From NCBI RefSeq assembly GCF_000497125.1, contig NC_090598.1:1612001-1676000 (forward strand): a stretch of DNA of 64,000 nt, in the 5' to 3' direction. Positions 1 through 14,303 of this stretch are shown piece after piece; position 1 is the first letter of the stretch; each line of letters opens with the position of its first letter. The translations under genes were made by a program, and so were the position numbers. Under the pieces are notes generated by a model. That model ran no database searches. It was not told the DNA's origin and saw only the letters and a list, made by a program, of their open reading frames with translations. The stretch comes from Spironucleus salmonicida (lineage: Eukaryota).

Positions 1-332
1 TATTTTTTCTATTCTTTAATAATCTGGAAATTTTTTCTTCATGTAATCAAAATATTTTTATTTAAGTGAATTCTTTTCAAATTATTACTTATTCTCAATA
101 AATAGACTCAGCTCTGTCTTTGTATCTCTAGATTTCATTTTTTCTAAAAATTCTCTACCTTTTTTTGAATTCATTTATTAAATAATTTATATAATTATTT
201 TTATTTATTTATCTATATACCCAGAATATCAAAATTTAGTATTATATAAACCTATACATAGTTGAATAAAATTTAATACAACTTAATTTTATATCTAATA
301 ACATTAAATTAGAGTTATTTCATTTATTTAAA

Positions 333-1286
333 ATGGGTATCATGGCTTTTGATACTAAATTCTCTGGGATGAGATTCTTTTAGCAAAATTTATAGCATGC
401 TGTACCTTTTGTTCACTCAGGGGTGTTAATAGTCACATTTTCTATTATATCTGCCTTTCTTTTAGGTCTAGGCTCATTTTTATTAACGGAATCTAATACC
501 ATATTATATGAGGAATTACTACATTAGAATTCACCTACATAAAAATAATAGCATCTAAATTTAGAAAACCTAGATCCGAACAAACCATTATATATTTACT
601 ACAAAGTGAATGATTTTCATTAATGTGTTCGTTCTTATGTTCTCGGATATAGTTGGTCCTAAATAACACATGAAACTTCAATATCAGATTTGAAACTTAA
701 TTATAATTGCTTAACGGCTTAATCTCAGGCTGACATTGTGGATTATCCATGTGGAATTTAGTATAGAACAATTAACAAAGACTCTTATTCTTTAAAAAAA
801 TCAGATGGAACAACAATTGATATTCAAAGAACTAACATAACTCTACCTTCTGACCGGGAGACTAATTTATATTTCGGACCAGCCTTCAAATCTTTTGATT
901 TTTAATCTTAATTGAATGTAGCAGGAATAACTTGGGAAGATGTCGCAAATTGGATGCGTCCCTCCACTTTTACAAATGCTATTAAATTATACGGTGTAAT
1001 TACTCCTGCCATATTGTAAACTCTTAGAGATGAGTAAATAATTTTTTATTCTATTGGTGAACACAAAGATTCTCGTGAAGTGTTTTCCGAATAAAGATCT
1101 ATTATTTTTAGTTAAATTGGTATTATGGCTGGCAAAAAAGAAACACTTTAACTTAGCTATTACTGCTGGTTTGTGGGCTTTGTTACTGGAGTTTTCTCTA
1201 TTGTTTTTTCTATTATATTAGGAATGTGTGGAGCAAGGGGAAGAAAATATAAGGAAATTAGAAGTAAATATTCTCTTAAAATCTGA
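333..1286 (+). CDS. CDC50/LEM3 family protein (P4-ATPase flippase beta subunit), 317 aa
   Basis: With TAA/TAG=Gln, ATG 333 to TGA 1284-1286. RFFQQNL, an N-terminal TM, YIYYKVNDFHQCVRSYV, YPCG, NWMRPSTF..KLYG, C-terminal TM. Confidence 0.85.
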
Positions 1287-1491
1287 TTTATCTTGTATTC
1301 TCTTATAAACCTAGTTACTTATACACTTATATAGTGGACTATAAACAATTGTATTAAACAACCAGAAAATTAATTTAAAATATTAACTTGTATTTAAGAT
1401 CAATTAAATAATTACTTTGATTTATATTAATGTTTTAAAGATAACGTTAATATTAAATTTATAATATATTATTTATATTATTTGATAAGAA

Positions 1492-2508
1492 ATGGGATTG
1501 ATCTCAATTGATGCGAAAGCAGCTAATCAACGTTTTTTCCAGTAAACTCTCCATCACTGTATACCAATATCACATCCTGGTATTGTTATTATAGTACTTT
1601 CGATTTTTGGTGGCTTTTTGGTTGTGATAGGGGGATTTTTTTATCAATAGGCACTTGGTTTATCCTATATCGAAGTGGAGCATACAAATTCTAATACACC
1701 CCAGGAACACTAATTTACATTAGATAACTTTAACCCTAATCAGCTCGTTCATGTGTATTATAGAGTTCCGAATTTCTTTTAAAATATCAGATCTTATGTC
1801 CAATCATTTTCGTTAGATCAACTAAAGGCTAAAAATACTATGCTATAAGCGAAAGTAAATGAAGATTGTGATAAACCGACCACTGCCAAACCTATAGTGT
1901 AATATCCATGCGGAATGCAATTTAAATCTATGAACAGAGATACCTACTCCTTTAAGTATCAAAATAGTACTCAAATCGTCCTAAACAAGGATAATATAGC
2001 ATTTCCAGGTGATATAAAGCAAAATACCCTCTTTGGCGTTGCATTTAAGCGGTTTGATTTTGCCTAACACTTTGGAGTCCCCACAATGACGTGGCAAGAT
2101 GTTGCAAATTGGATGCGACCATCAGCGTTTTCTTCGGCTCAGAAGTATTATGGTGCAATGAAATTAGATAATAATAAGTTGATTTTAATTTCGAATGGGT
2201 CACATATGAATGGAACTTTGGTTTTTTCTGAAAAGCGAATTATCATAGTGGCCCAGCTTTCTAGCCTTGGTGGGAAGGCAGAAACCGCCGCAACTTCGAT
2301 TTGCTGCATGGTTACTGGGTGCATATCGGCGGTTTCAGCCTTAGTTTTCGCAATTATTGCGAGCATTAAAGGGCCCAGAAGTAAGAAATACGAGACAGAA
2401 ATAGACAAATTACGTGTAATTACAAACTCTAGCATACAAATTGAAGAAATCGAGAAGGTATAAGAGGCGAGAGTTTAATAAGTTAAAAGACAGTTGGGAA
2501 TTAAGTGA
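1492..2508 (+). CDS. CDC50/LEM3 family protein, tandem paralogue, 338 aa
   Basis: RFFQQTL, VYYRVPNFFQNIRSYVQS, YPCG, NWMRPSAFS..KYYG, EKRIII, C-terminal TM. Contains track ORF 2086..2463. Stop lies in AGTGA. Confidence 0.85.
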
Positions 2509-2920
2509 TGAATGTTATAGTTATGTTTACACTTGACTAAGAGTAATATAGAAGAAGATCTACTGGTAAATTACAGATATTTGTATAGATTTCAATTAAA
2601 TGTAAAAAATTGCATTGTCTAAATTGAATGATAATGCTAATGGTATAATTTTATTTGCACTATTCGCAATAAATATTTAAAAAGTAGTAATATAGATTAG
2701 TTCTGTAAAGGGTTTTATTTATGAATAATCTTTGTGAAATATGTAATTGTTTGAGCCACAAATATTTTATTTATATGAATCCTAAAATATTAGGCAAGTA
2801 AATTGAAATTCATGATCAAATTTACCACTATTTTAGCATATATTATAGATTTTGTAAATTAACTTTGATTTTTCCATGTAATTTACGTCAAAAAATAATA
2901 GTATTAAAAACATCAATTAA

Positions 2921-3610
2921 TCATTTCATCTTCTACAGTTTCCCTGAAAAATTGCCAGCCTATAATTTTAACGAAATTTCTTCTATTAATTCTCCATATT
3001 TGCTTAGCTATAAAGGACCTGGGCTGTCTTCGCCGACCCACTGTTTGATCCCTTCAATTGCATCTTTAGCAGCTGCCTCCCCAATTTCTTTAAGCTTTAT
3101 TCTAATCTTCTATACTGCAGCTAATCTGCGTTCTATTGACACACGCTCTCTACCAATAACTTGTGCAGATGTTTAAAATGTCTCTAATATCTCAAAAACT
3201 TAGTCAAAATTATTTTCATTAATAATTTATTTAGTATCAGGAATTAAGCAGTGTGCGCATTAGATAATTGCTTTAAATATATCCAAGGTTGCAAGCTGAG
3301 CAGTTGTCTCTTTTAGTCTGCCATTAAATAAAAAAGAATTATTGACTATCAAATATAAATGATAAAACAATGACCCCAAATTAGGATATGCGTTTTTATC
3401 TAATGATCGCTTGATTTATTTAAAAGAAATAGGTCTTGAAATTTTTTCTTCATAATATTTTTTAAATACCTAGTCATAAAGCGGAGATTCTGCTATTGGA
3501 GTTAGAAAGATTTCATAGTAATCTTTCTTAGTTAAGCTTTATATTTTAGTTAAAATATCTTTTCCTTATTAAGTTATATGGCAGTCAAAATAAGATTAAA
3601 GTTAATTCAT
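2921..3610 (-). CDS. bromodomain-like protein, 229 aa
   Basis: IFLTPI...YYEEKISRPISFKQIKRSLDKNAY...LYLIVNNSFLFN fits the bromodomain pattern (F..PV..Y...I..PMDL..I...L....Y...LI..N...FN). Confidence 0.6.
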
Positions 3611-3654
3611 TTAAAACTTTATTTTACTAATTTTATTATATAATAATATAAATC

Positions 3655-5028
3655 TCACTTAACCATCATCAAGCCAACCTTGCTCAATATAACATCTACA
3701 TCATATTCATCACCAATTAACTCTAAGTCTTATGCTTCAATTGACAAATATACTTTCTTTTCAATACACATTCCATTTGGTCTTTTTATTTCAAATAATA
3801 ATGATACTAATCCTTAAAGAATGCTCCTTTAGCTTTAAAACATGGATTTACACATTAACCAGGTTTTAAATATAAATCCAAAGCCATCTCTAACACCATC
3901 AATATCTTTGATAAATCTTTTTAAATCATTATCGTAAAATTCTACGTTATTATATTTAACTTATTTGTAATTATGGATTTTATCATGGAAATATGGTTTA
4001 ATAAAATGTCTAAACCATTATAAAATATCATGAAAAGTTTTGAAATCTCTACTAGAAGGAAATGCCCATTACATTATCTTAACAACTACATCACACGCAC
4101 CAACTGCCTATACATAAAATTCTTTTTCAGTATAAACATGAAGTCTTCCGATTATCATCAAGTTGAAATAACTCATAAACTGTTATTTGTTAACTTCTAC
4201 AATACTAAATAACTATTACTCAGCAGTTGCCAATATCAACTGAAATGTACCTTCTACAACAGGGATTCCTACTATATTACTTAATTATAGCACAATATTT
4301 TAAAGAATAGCTAAACAGTTAGTTCCACATCGCATACCTTATGGAGTGAAATAAAATTATACGATTTTTGAAAATGCAAGAAGTTCTGATTCCTATAATT
4401 ATATCTCACAACCAAGAGGCGATACGAAATTAAATAATAACTATCCAGCATTTTAACGTTTAATAATATAATTCAAATTCTCTAATAATGTTTAATCTTT
4501 TCCAGAAGCGATTGTCGCAGCTTGCTGAAGTTGGGCAAAAATACTTTCAAGTTTCGATAATACATCAGAAAATGGTTCTTCTTATACTTATATTGCGCCA
4601 AAAAGTTAATTTTATAATTTCGCAATCTCAAAAGAAATATCTCCCAAGCCAGTTAGCTCCTTATACTTACTTGTAAATTAGAACGATTAAGCTGATATTA
4701 AAAGAGGCTCGTTATCGGCGTTTAGATATCGTCTTAGTGAAGCTAAAAATTATAGAATTGACATAGCCTGTAACAATAGCTAGGATGAGGATGCTTTTGG
4801 ATCTAAAGGAGCTGATGAATAGTGTTCATATACAATTTACAGCTATTGAAATGTAATCTTAGATAAACCTGGAAAGTCTGCATGATAGATCTTTAATTCT
4901 AATGTACTTAGTGTTGGAAGTTGAAGTAGATGATTCAGTGTTTTAATTACTTATGAGCATTATTAAAACGTTGTGAGCAAAGTGGCAGGCTTTAGTTCAT
5001 TATTAAAATGTTAAATAAATGGATGCAT
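3655..5028 (-). CDS. hypothetical protein, ~457 aa
   Basis: ATG 5028 is in frame with TGA 3655-3657, which sits in AAGTGA. No family recognised. Confidence 0.65.
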
Positions 5029-5414
5029 TATTTAGGATTTTTATTAATTTTTATATAAGTTATATAATAATAAGATTTTTAAACATATAGTATTAAACTG
5101 TTTAGACTGGTAAAAATTAAAAAACGGAATGTACGTTACTATATTATGTATTATTAATTAAAACCTCGTTTTCCATCAGTAATTAATAATGAATTATATG
5201 TTTAAAATTAAACTATATACTATTATATATTTAGTCTTTATCGTAGAAAAATTATATGACAACTTTCCTGTGTCGTAATTCTGAGTAAATGAATATAATT
5301 GGAATAATATAGTATATTTCAGAAAATGTTATTTACTCTGATTATTATGTAATAATAATACATTTTTAAATATATATTAATATTATAACTGATTCTTTCC
5401 ACCACTTTAAAATA

Positions 5415-6611
<1,197 letters not shown>

Positions 6612-6654
6612 ACCTTTTATTTATTATATAAAATTATACCTATCATAATTAAAA

Positions 6655-8586
6655 ATGGCAGATTATTCATCATCGTCTGATATGGACTAGAAATTATTAA
6701 TTCCTCCAAAACCAGAGAAAAATATCGCAAAGGTTAAAAAAGATAAACCATTGCTTAATTAGTTTGAGATTTTTACTTAAAGAGATCAAATATTAATATC
6801 AACTATTAAAACAACTTAATTACTCAGCTAAATTAAATATGCTAAGAAACAAAGAGATAACGCTAATGTTATAGATGATTAAATTTCTAAATTAGACCCA
6901 ACTAAGTTTGTAGATGATATTATTGCAGAAAATAGACGACTTAAAAAAATAAACTAATGGCTTCCTAGTGAAGAAACGCTAGAAAAGTTAAGACAAGAAG
7001 AAAAAATAACCGAATAATAATTAGGATAATTAATCGGTAAGTCGATGACATAATTTGAGGCTGAATAAGTGGTAACAATAGAAGATAAAGAAGTAGATGG
7101 AATGTCCCCTTTAGGCGCAAGAATATTGTAAGGAAAAATGCCATTATCTGAAATATAGTCTATAACAAAGGATAGGTAGGCTGATTTAAATGCTATTGAT
7201 TTAGGGGATGATGTTGTTAACTATAGCAAAGTTTATTAAACTTAAGACTAATATGCATAATATTTGCCGTAGTACGAATAATAATAAGAAGTTAACTTAA
7301 AATAAAAAGTATAACAATAAGTAGTAGAATAAATTATGTCAGGCCTTCCAGCTTCTCTGTTGGTTTAACTTAATATATCACTTATACGATAAACTCTTTT
7401 TTACACTACATTTATCTAATTTTCTGATTTAGAAAATGTAGTCAAAGTTGTAGTATCTGGTGAAAATGATTTAAATTAGTATTTATTGAATAAATAGTTT
7501 CATTAATCTGATTTTTATCAAAGTGTTTATTTAAATTATCCTAATCATAGACCTGCAAAAAATTTTATAGATATTTAATCAAATTTTAATATTACATATA
7601 GTATGCAAGCAGAATAAATAATAGAAAATATCGATAACTTTGAAACAACAATACAACCACAAGACATATTTACTAATGAATATTTATCATAATTTTCATT
7701 ATAGTATGGTTAACTTTTTGAGAAACGATTATAGTAATGTGAGTAAGATTTATATATACACCGTTAGTATTAAATTGATTCTGTTAACTAAATACTAAAA
7801 AGAGATTATTAATTTGAGCAATAAGCTAATAAGTAGGCCAGTTTATAGGAGAAATAAATTCTTAAAATGGGTGGCGCAAAATAAACATAATTAGTTAGAG
7901 AACTGGAGCTGTTAAGCAGAGTTAATGATCTAGAAAGTTTTTAAAAGAAAATTGGCAATGGATAGTTTCTATTAGATTTTTATTTAGGTGCAGAGAATTA
8001 AATTTTAGCAGAAAGTGCAGTTGATATATTAGCAACATTAACACTTTTCACTCATCCAAATGAAAATTTAGATTGGGCTAATAATGAAATTTTGGATGAT
8101 TTTTTAGTTGAGTAAGAAATTGAACTCGTATCAGAACCTCCTGATCCTATCTAAAGTAATGAATTTTTTGAATAGTATATTACAGAATAACTACAAACTG
8201 GGCATACTATATAATCTGAAGAATTAAAAATATTATTCGAGGCACTTAAAACAGATATAAATGAACAAATGGTTGTATTTGAAGAAGTTTATAACTCTCA
8301 TGAAAGTATTAATAGGATTATTAGTTCATATAAATTATTGTTAGAACATTAATAGTTGTTTAATAAAATAATTTAAGAGTTAGAGATCATGAAAAAAACT
8401 CACACTTCATAAAATATGATGAATATTTATTTACAAAATATAAATAAGTCTATTGAAGAAATCTATAAATAAAAGGCAAAATTTAATTTATAATAAAATA
8501 TACCTACATATGTAACTATTTAAACATTGCAACCTGACGATTATTATAAATCAATATTAGAAAAAATAACTTCTCTTAAACCATGA
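6655..8586 (+). CDS. hypothetical Q/E-rich coiled-coil protein, 643 aa
   Basis: Open frame from ATG 6655 to TGA 8584-8586 in the alternative code. Confidence 0.75.
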
Positions 8587-8589
8587 TCA

Positions 8590-10605
8590 TCAGAGATAAA
8601 TATTATTCTTTAATCTATACTAATTTTCTCCTTCATAATTTTCTAATGAAATTCGTATACAATGTTGTATTTCTTCAGCATATTAATGATAATCCATTAA
8701 AACTTCCATCAATTCATTATTTGTAAATGGAGTGTTTGCATCGCGTTTTTACTTACCAAATTTTAATATCCTTCCTAGTATCATGTCAATTGGAGGTGGA
8801 AAAAAACTATCTGTTATAAAGGGTTATCTGTCCAATAAATCGCTTGCAAGCTTATCAAAATCAAAGGCAAAAGTATTTTAGATTTATTTATTTGCCAATA
8901 AAGATACCTGCTCGGTTTTAATAGTAGATTTTTCTTCAAACTTTCTAATTTAAATATCTCTCATTGGACAATAATAAGCAAACACTGAACCCATTTTTGT
9001 TTTTATTTATTCAAATGCATTTTCTAATATTCTATCAGCCATAATCTACTTTAACTATTATCTATCGATAATAACTTCTTCTACTGTACCTGCCGCTGCA
9101 AATCTATAAATATTTGTTTTTCGCTGTTACCCTATTCTCCACACCCGCTATGACGCCTAAGAATCAATAGCAGGATTCCATGAAGGTTATGTTATAATAA
9201 CGTGATTAGCTGACGTGAGATTAAGTCCGATACCTCCGACACGAGGGGTTGAAAGCAGAATCTAAATTTATTGTTAATTAAAAGATTCAACTATGTACTT
9301 TCTATCTTGTTATGATGTAGTTCCTGTCATTAAATGGTAAGTCAGACCGAGTTTGTAAATTATTTCTTCTAAAATTAATAAGAATTTAATAGAGGGGGCA
9401 AAAATAATTAGTTTATCAATTGAAATATCAAACTCCGTTTATTCTAACTCATTAAATTCTTCTTCACTAATTTCACAATCAAATACTTAGATTCTTTGTC
9501 TTATATCTATTAAATGATTAAGAACTTATCCACCGTTCTTAATTTTAAATATATCGCAAATTTTTTATACAATCCATACAATCTTATTAGAATGTGCACA
9601 ATCGAAAATGAGTTAATTATTATCTATATACGGATAATCACAAACCTAAGATAATTATTATATTACATAAAAAGCAGTTTTCTTAGCTATTATTTTGCTT
9701 TATAATAATTACTTATAACATTGCTCCTATTGTACGCTTAACTTAAAAAGAATAGTTTGATCATCCTTTGGTGGTAGTTCCAATCCAACTTGTCTTTTTA
9801 ATCTTCTTAAAATAGCAGGGTTAACAATTCCTTATAGCTATTTTGCAGCAGCAGCACCCGACTTTATTGCCTATATTTTTTTGCTTCCGATTTATAATTT
9901 AATAGGGTCGACATATCTCTCATAAAATATCTCCTATGAAGGGAGACCCGGTATATTTAGAAAATTAAATATCGCATAAAGCTCTTCATATGTGTTTTAA
10001 ATTGGAGTGCCAGATAATCCAATCCGAAATTTTGCTTTGAGCAATTACAATGCAGCATACCGTTGAGTTTGAACATTTCTTAAATAATGAACCTCATCAC
10101 TAATTAAGATGTCAAAACTAAAATTAGATAATATTTTTATATTTATAACCGCTAAGTCATAAGAAATAATCATTATTCCTTCCTTAAAAGAAGCTAAGTC
10201 CGAATATTTTTTAATATGGCTGATATTGTATTTCAAGTTCCAAAAGCCTGACATTTAGATCCACTGATAGCATAATGTAGGTGGAGCTAAAATAAGAACT
10301 GATTTAATAGAGACATTATTTAAAAAATTTATAACTTGAACTGTTTTTCCTAAACCTGGTTCATCAGCCAATAAACAATTTTATTTATATTGAAACTTAT
10401 TTAAAAGCCACGTTATACCTTGTTTTTGAAATTACTTAAGGCGTTGGTCATATAGATTACAATCAGCAATGTCATACGTAGATGTTATCTTATGTTTTTA
10501 TAATTATATTATTTCATCTATAGTATCTTATATTAATAATCTATCTTTTAGTGACGTAGTTGTTACTAATTACTACTAAAGATACTTAATTTTTTCTTAT
10601 GACAT
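8590..10605 (-). CDS. SNF2-family helicase/translocase, RAD26/ERCC6-like, 671 aa
   Basis: LLADEPGLGKTVQ, DEVH, SGTPIQN, RVGGIGLNLTSANHVII, WNPAIDSQASQRVWRIGQ, GTVEEVIIDRQ. Confidence 0.9.
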
Positions 10606-10724
10606 TTTGCATGATAAAAATAATATTTATTGTATATAATAATGATATCTAATAAGAATTAATAACTATAAATTCTTGTATTTACTTTATTATTATATTA
10701 TTATATTATTATTAAAAAGGACAA

Positions 10725-10733
10725 TCCGCAAAT
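10725..10733 (+). promoter_or_regulatory. candidate upstream element TCCGCAAAT (CFAP58)
   Basis: Lies 12 nt before ATG 10746. The same 9-mer is upstream of IQUB. Confidence 0.4.
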
Positions 10734-10745
10734 TCTTTCCATCAA

Positions 10746-13430
10746 ATGGCAGATAATCCTCCTTCACAACCTACTCTGGATGAGAAACAATTGTTAGCAT
10801 ACGATTTAGCTATCGATGAAGCAGCTTATGCTGTTATTGAGCGTGATTTTCATGAAATCATATCAGAATTAATTGGTGATAATTCTATGGATGACTTTCG
10901 TGCTCATTATGAAAAACTACATGGTGCACTTCGCAAGTCCCATGAAAATGAAAAAGTTCTTGTCGCCCGTGTCCGCGAACTTGCATAGTAGCTTAGCATT
11001 AATTAGTAAAAAATTAAAACGGCACTTAGATTAACCAAAGAGGACCAATAAACAATAGCGGCACTGAAAGCTGAGGTTGATAAAGCTTGGGAAGTTGTAA
11101 AGTAAGGACGTGAAAAAGAAGGTCAGAACTAATAAGAAATTAGTAATTTATAACTTTAAGTATAAAATTTAAGAAGTATGATAGACTCTAGTACAAAAGG
11201 AGGTAACGTTGGAATTTCGGAAGAATCATCACTTGAGGATTTAAGCAGAGCTAGAGATGTTCTTAATCAATAATTAATGGAAGCGCAAAAAAGTTATAGG
11301 GCGTAAGCTGAAGATTTGAGATTATCATAGGATAAAGTTAAAAATATGTAGGATGACAAAATCAGCAATGAGGTTCGTATTAGAAACCTCAAAGATTAAT
11401 TAAATCAAGCCAGATTAGAAATGCAGAATCACGAAAAGCAAAAAACAGCAGTTGAAAACAATCTTACTGAATTACGTGTGCGTTGTGATAAATTAGAAAA
11501 AGAAGCTATTGTTAAAGACCAAGAAATTGATGAATTAAAGGCATAATATTCTCATAGCTAGGATAATTTGAAAAAAGAATAAGATAAGCTATCTAATGCA
11601 TAAAAAGAGTATTAATAACTTAATGACAGGTTAGTTAAAGCCAAACAAGATTCTAATGAATTATCTCGCCAAATTACTAATACAAAATAGTAAAATTCTG
11701 AGAAAGAGACTTAAATTTAAATGTATATGTAAGAATAGGCTTAAGCAAGATAAATGCAAAATAATTTAAATAGATAGCTACAAACTGCCCAATAAAGAAT
11801 CGAATCTCTTGATATATAGAAACGTAATTAAGAAGAAAAGAATGAGTTATTACGATAAAAAGCTACTGATTTAGAGCATTAGATTTCATAACTACGATCT
11901 GCAAACAATTCAGTGTAAAAAGATGCTGATTCTTTAAAAAGAGAACATTAAGTAGTTACGAAATAACTTTAAGTAGCTGAAGTAACTGTTGCAGATAAAT
12001 AGGATTTATTATTTTAATAAGAAGGCCAACAACGAATTTTCGAATCAGAAATAGCGGCATTTAGAGCGGAGGCCTAAAAACAAAGAAATATTATTTTCTA
12101 GCTTGAAAAAGAAAGAGAATAATACTCACATTAAGCTACCGAAATGCACTAAAAATATTAGCAAGCTCTATAAGAATTGAAAATGCGTGAACTATCTATT
12201 TAAGATTTATAAAAACGTGTTACTGATGCAGATGCAAAATTACGTTAAAAGCAATCTCTATATGAATAAGTTCGTGCAGATAGAAATCTTTATTCGAAGA
12301 ACTTAGTTGAAGCATAAGATGAAATATCTGAGTTACGTAGATAATTTAGGGTTATGTCGCATGTTATAGATCAATTAAAACAAGAAATATAATCTAAAGA
12401 TACTTCTTTAGTTCGTGAACATTTTGCACTTAAATCCTGCTAAAAGGAAAAGGATTCTATTGTATAGGATTTAGAAAGGGTCAGATAGAATTTGAGAGAA
12501 TCAGAACTTACTGTTGGATTCTAAGTTTAAGAAATTGCAAAGCTTAATCATATTATTAGCGAGGCCGATGTTGAAAGATAAAGATAATTAAAAGAGTATA
12601 AAATTGTAATATCTGAGCGAGATATCCTTGGAACACAGTTAATTCGGAGAAATGATGAACTTTCTTTATTGTACGAAAAGGTTAGAATTCATTAAGCTAC
12701 ATTGGCAAAGGGCGAGAAACAATATAACTAAAGAATTGATGAGATTCGTTTACTTAGATCTAAAGTGACTGATCTTAGAAGATAGATAGTTCAACTAAGA
12801 AGATAGGCGGCTGCTATTGAGCCATATAAAAAGGAGTTATTGCGTCTTTAAAAAGAATTACTAGACGAACGTGCTAAAACTCGCGCATTAACATAAGAAC
12901 TATAATCTCCAATGAATGTACATCGTTGGAGATAGTTAGAAGGCTCTGATCCATAGTAATTTGAGTTAATCAAGAAAGTTAAACATTTATAAAAACGTTT
13001 GATTGAAAAAACTGAAGAAGTTTCTTAGAAGTAAATGGAAATAGAGGAAAAAGAACGTCTGTATAATGCTCTGAAAAAGGCTCTTAATAGATAACCTGGA
13101 CCTGAAGTATTACAGAAATTAAATCATTATTAAGATTAGTTAAAACAAAAATCTCGCTAACTATCATCAGTATCTGCTGAATTAGTTATGTTTTAAGCTC
13201 AGTCTGCAGAATATCGTGGAGAAATTGAAAAATTAACTAAGGAATTACAAGAAGTAAAGAGGAAGTACTTTGTATATAAGCGTAAAGAATTTGATGAGAT
13301 GAGTAGACGTGCTGAGTAATAATGGGAAGAAGCTGGTGGATTCATTGCTCCTAATGAAACAGCAGGAACAGGCCCCAGATTTGTTGGTGGTGGTTTCGCC
13401 GTTCATTAAAATTAAGAAGAAGAGCAATGA
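10746..13430 (+). CDS. CFAP58: cilia- and flagella-associated protein 58 (CCDC147/FAP189 family), 894 aa
   Basis: Long coiled coil with YEQVRADRNLYSKNLVEAQDEI, ERDILGTQLIRRNDELSLLYEK, PMNVHRWRQLEGSDP and C-terminal RFVGGGF. Confidence 0.85.
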
Positions 13431-13473
13431 ACACATTTATTTTATATAATAGTATAATATATTTTTAAGTTAA

Positions 13474-14169
13474 ATGGGAGGATCGCTCTCATAACCACGA
13501 TCTGAGCTTAGAACAGAAATTATATCAGAATTTGTGAAATATGTTTATTAACATCCATAAAACCCTACTATAAGCCTTAAATAGCTGTTAGAAGGTTCTA
13601 AGCGGGTTTCAGTTTCTTATGACCTAGCACACTTACCATTGCTATACTTTATAGATGAAGATAAGGATGGACGGTTTAGTTTAGCTGATATTTTTAATAT
13701 TTAGTCTTTTTAACTATAAATTGATCACACAGATGCAGCTAAAGCATTAAAGGCGCATTCAACATTATATCTAAGAAGAAATCCTCTGGATTTTGTCAAA
13801 TGGTTTGGCTAACTAGCAATTGAAATAAATGGTGAAAAGTTACAAAATTCTGTCAGAACAATTAATGAAAATGCAGTACTAGTTTTATATGACTTACTGT
13901 AGGTATAAATCACGAGATTATCAACAGAAGAGTTTATAAGTAACTTATAAACTGCTGCGTAGCAAATAGGCCTAACACAAACAGTAGGAATTCCAATCTT
14001 AGTTATTTAAAATTTTGCATAAAGTATATTGAATGGTCTTGTTAATTTATATAAAGAAATATTAAATGAAGATGTCAATTAGTCGTTTTAGCGCGCATTT
14101 AAATTTGAATAGCTGAAAGAGGAATACTTTGAGTAGATTGGTAAATGTGTGGAAGAGGATGACGAATGA
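13474..14169 (+). CDS. EF-hand-like protein with possible N-myristoylation, 231 aa
   Basis: Starts MGGSLS; EF-loop-like DEDKDGRFSLAD. Confidence 0.6.
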
Positions 14170-14303
14170 GGGAAATATGTTGTTATGAACTAATAATAAG
14201 TGAAATATATTACTTTAAACTATATACTATTTATTTGTGATTTGTATAAACAGCTAAACTTAAACAATTATTAATACTAGTGAATTGCTTTTCATTTTAC
14301 TAA

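Noticed and set aside
2505-2920. C/D snoRNA starting at GTGATGA
   Set aside because: The box-C-like string is the CDC50 stop context, and no box D CTGA lies at a suitable distance.
7095-7160. G-patch-like motif (PLGARILQGKM) in the 6655..8586 protein
   Set aside because: It lacks the following G-W-x-x-G-x-G-L-G glycines.
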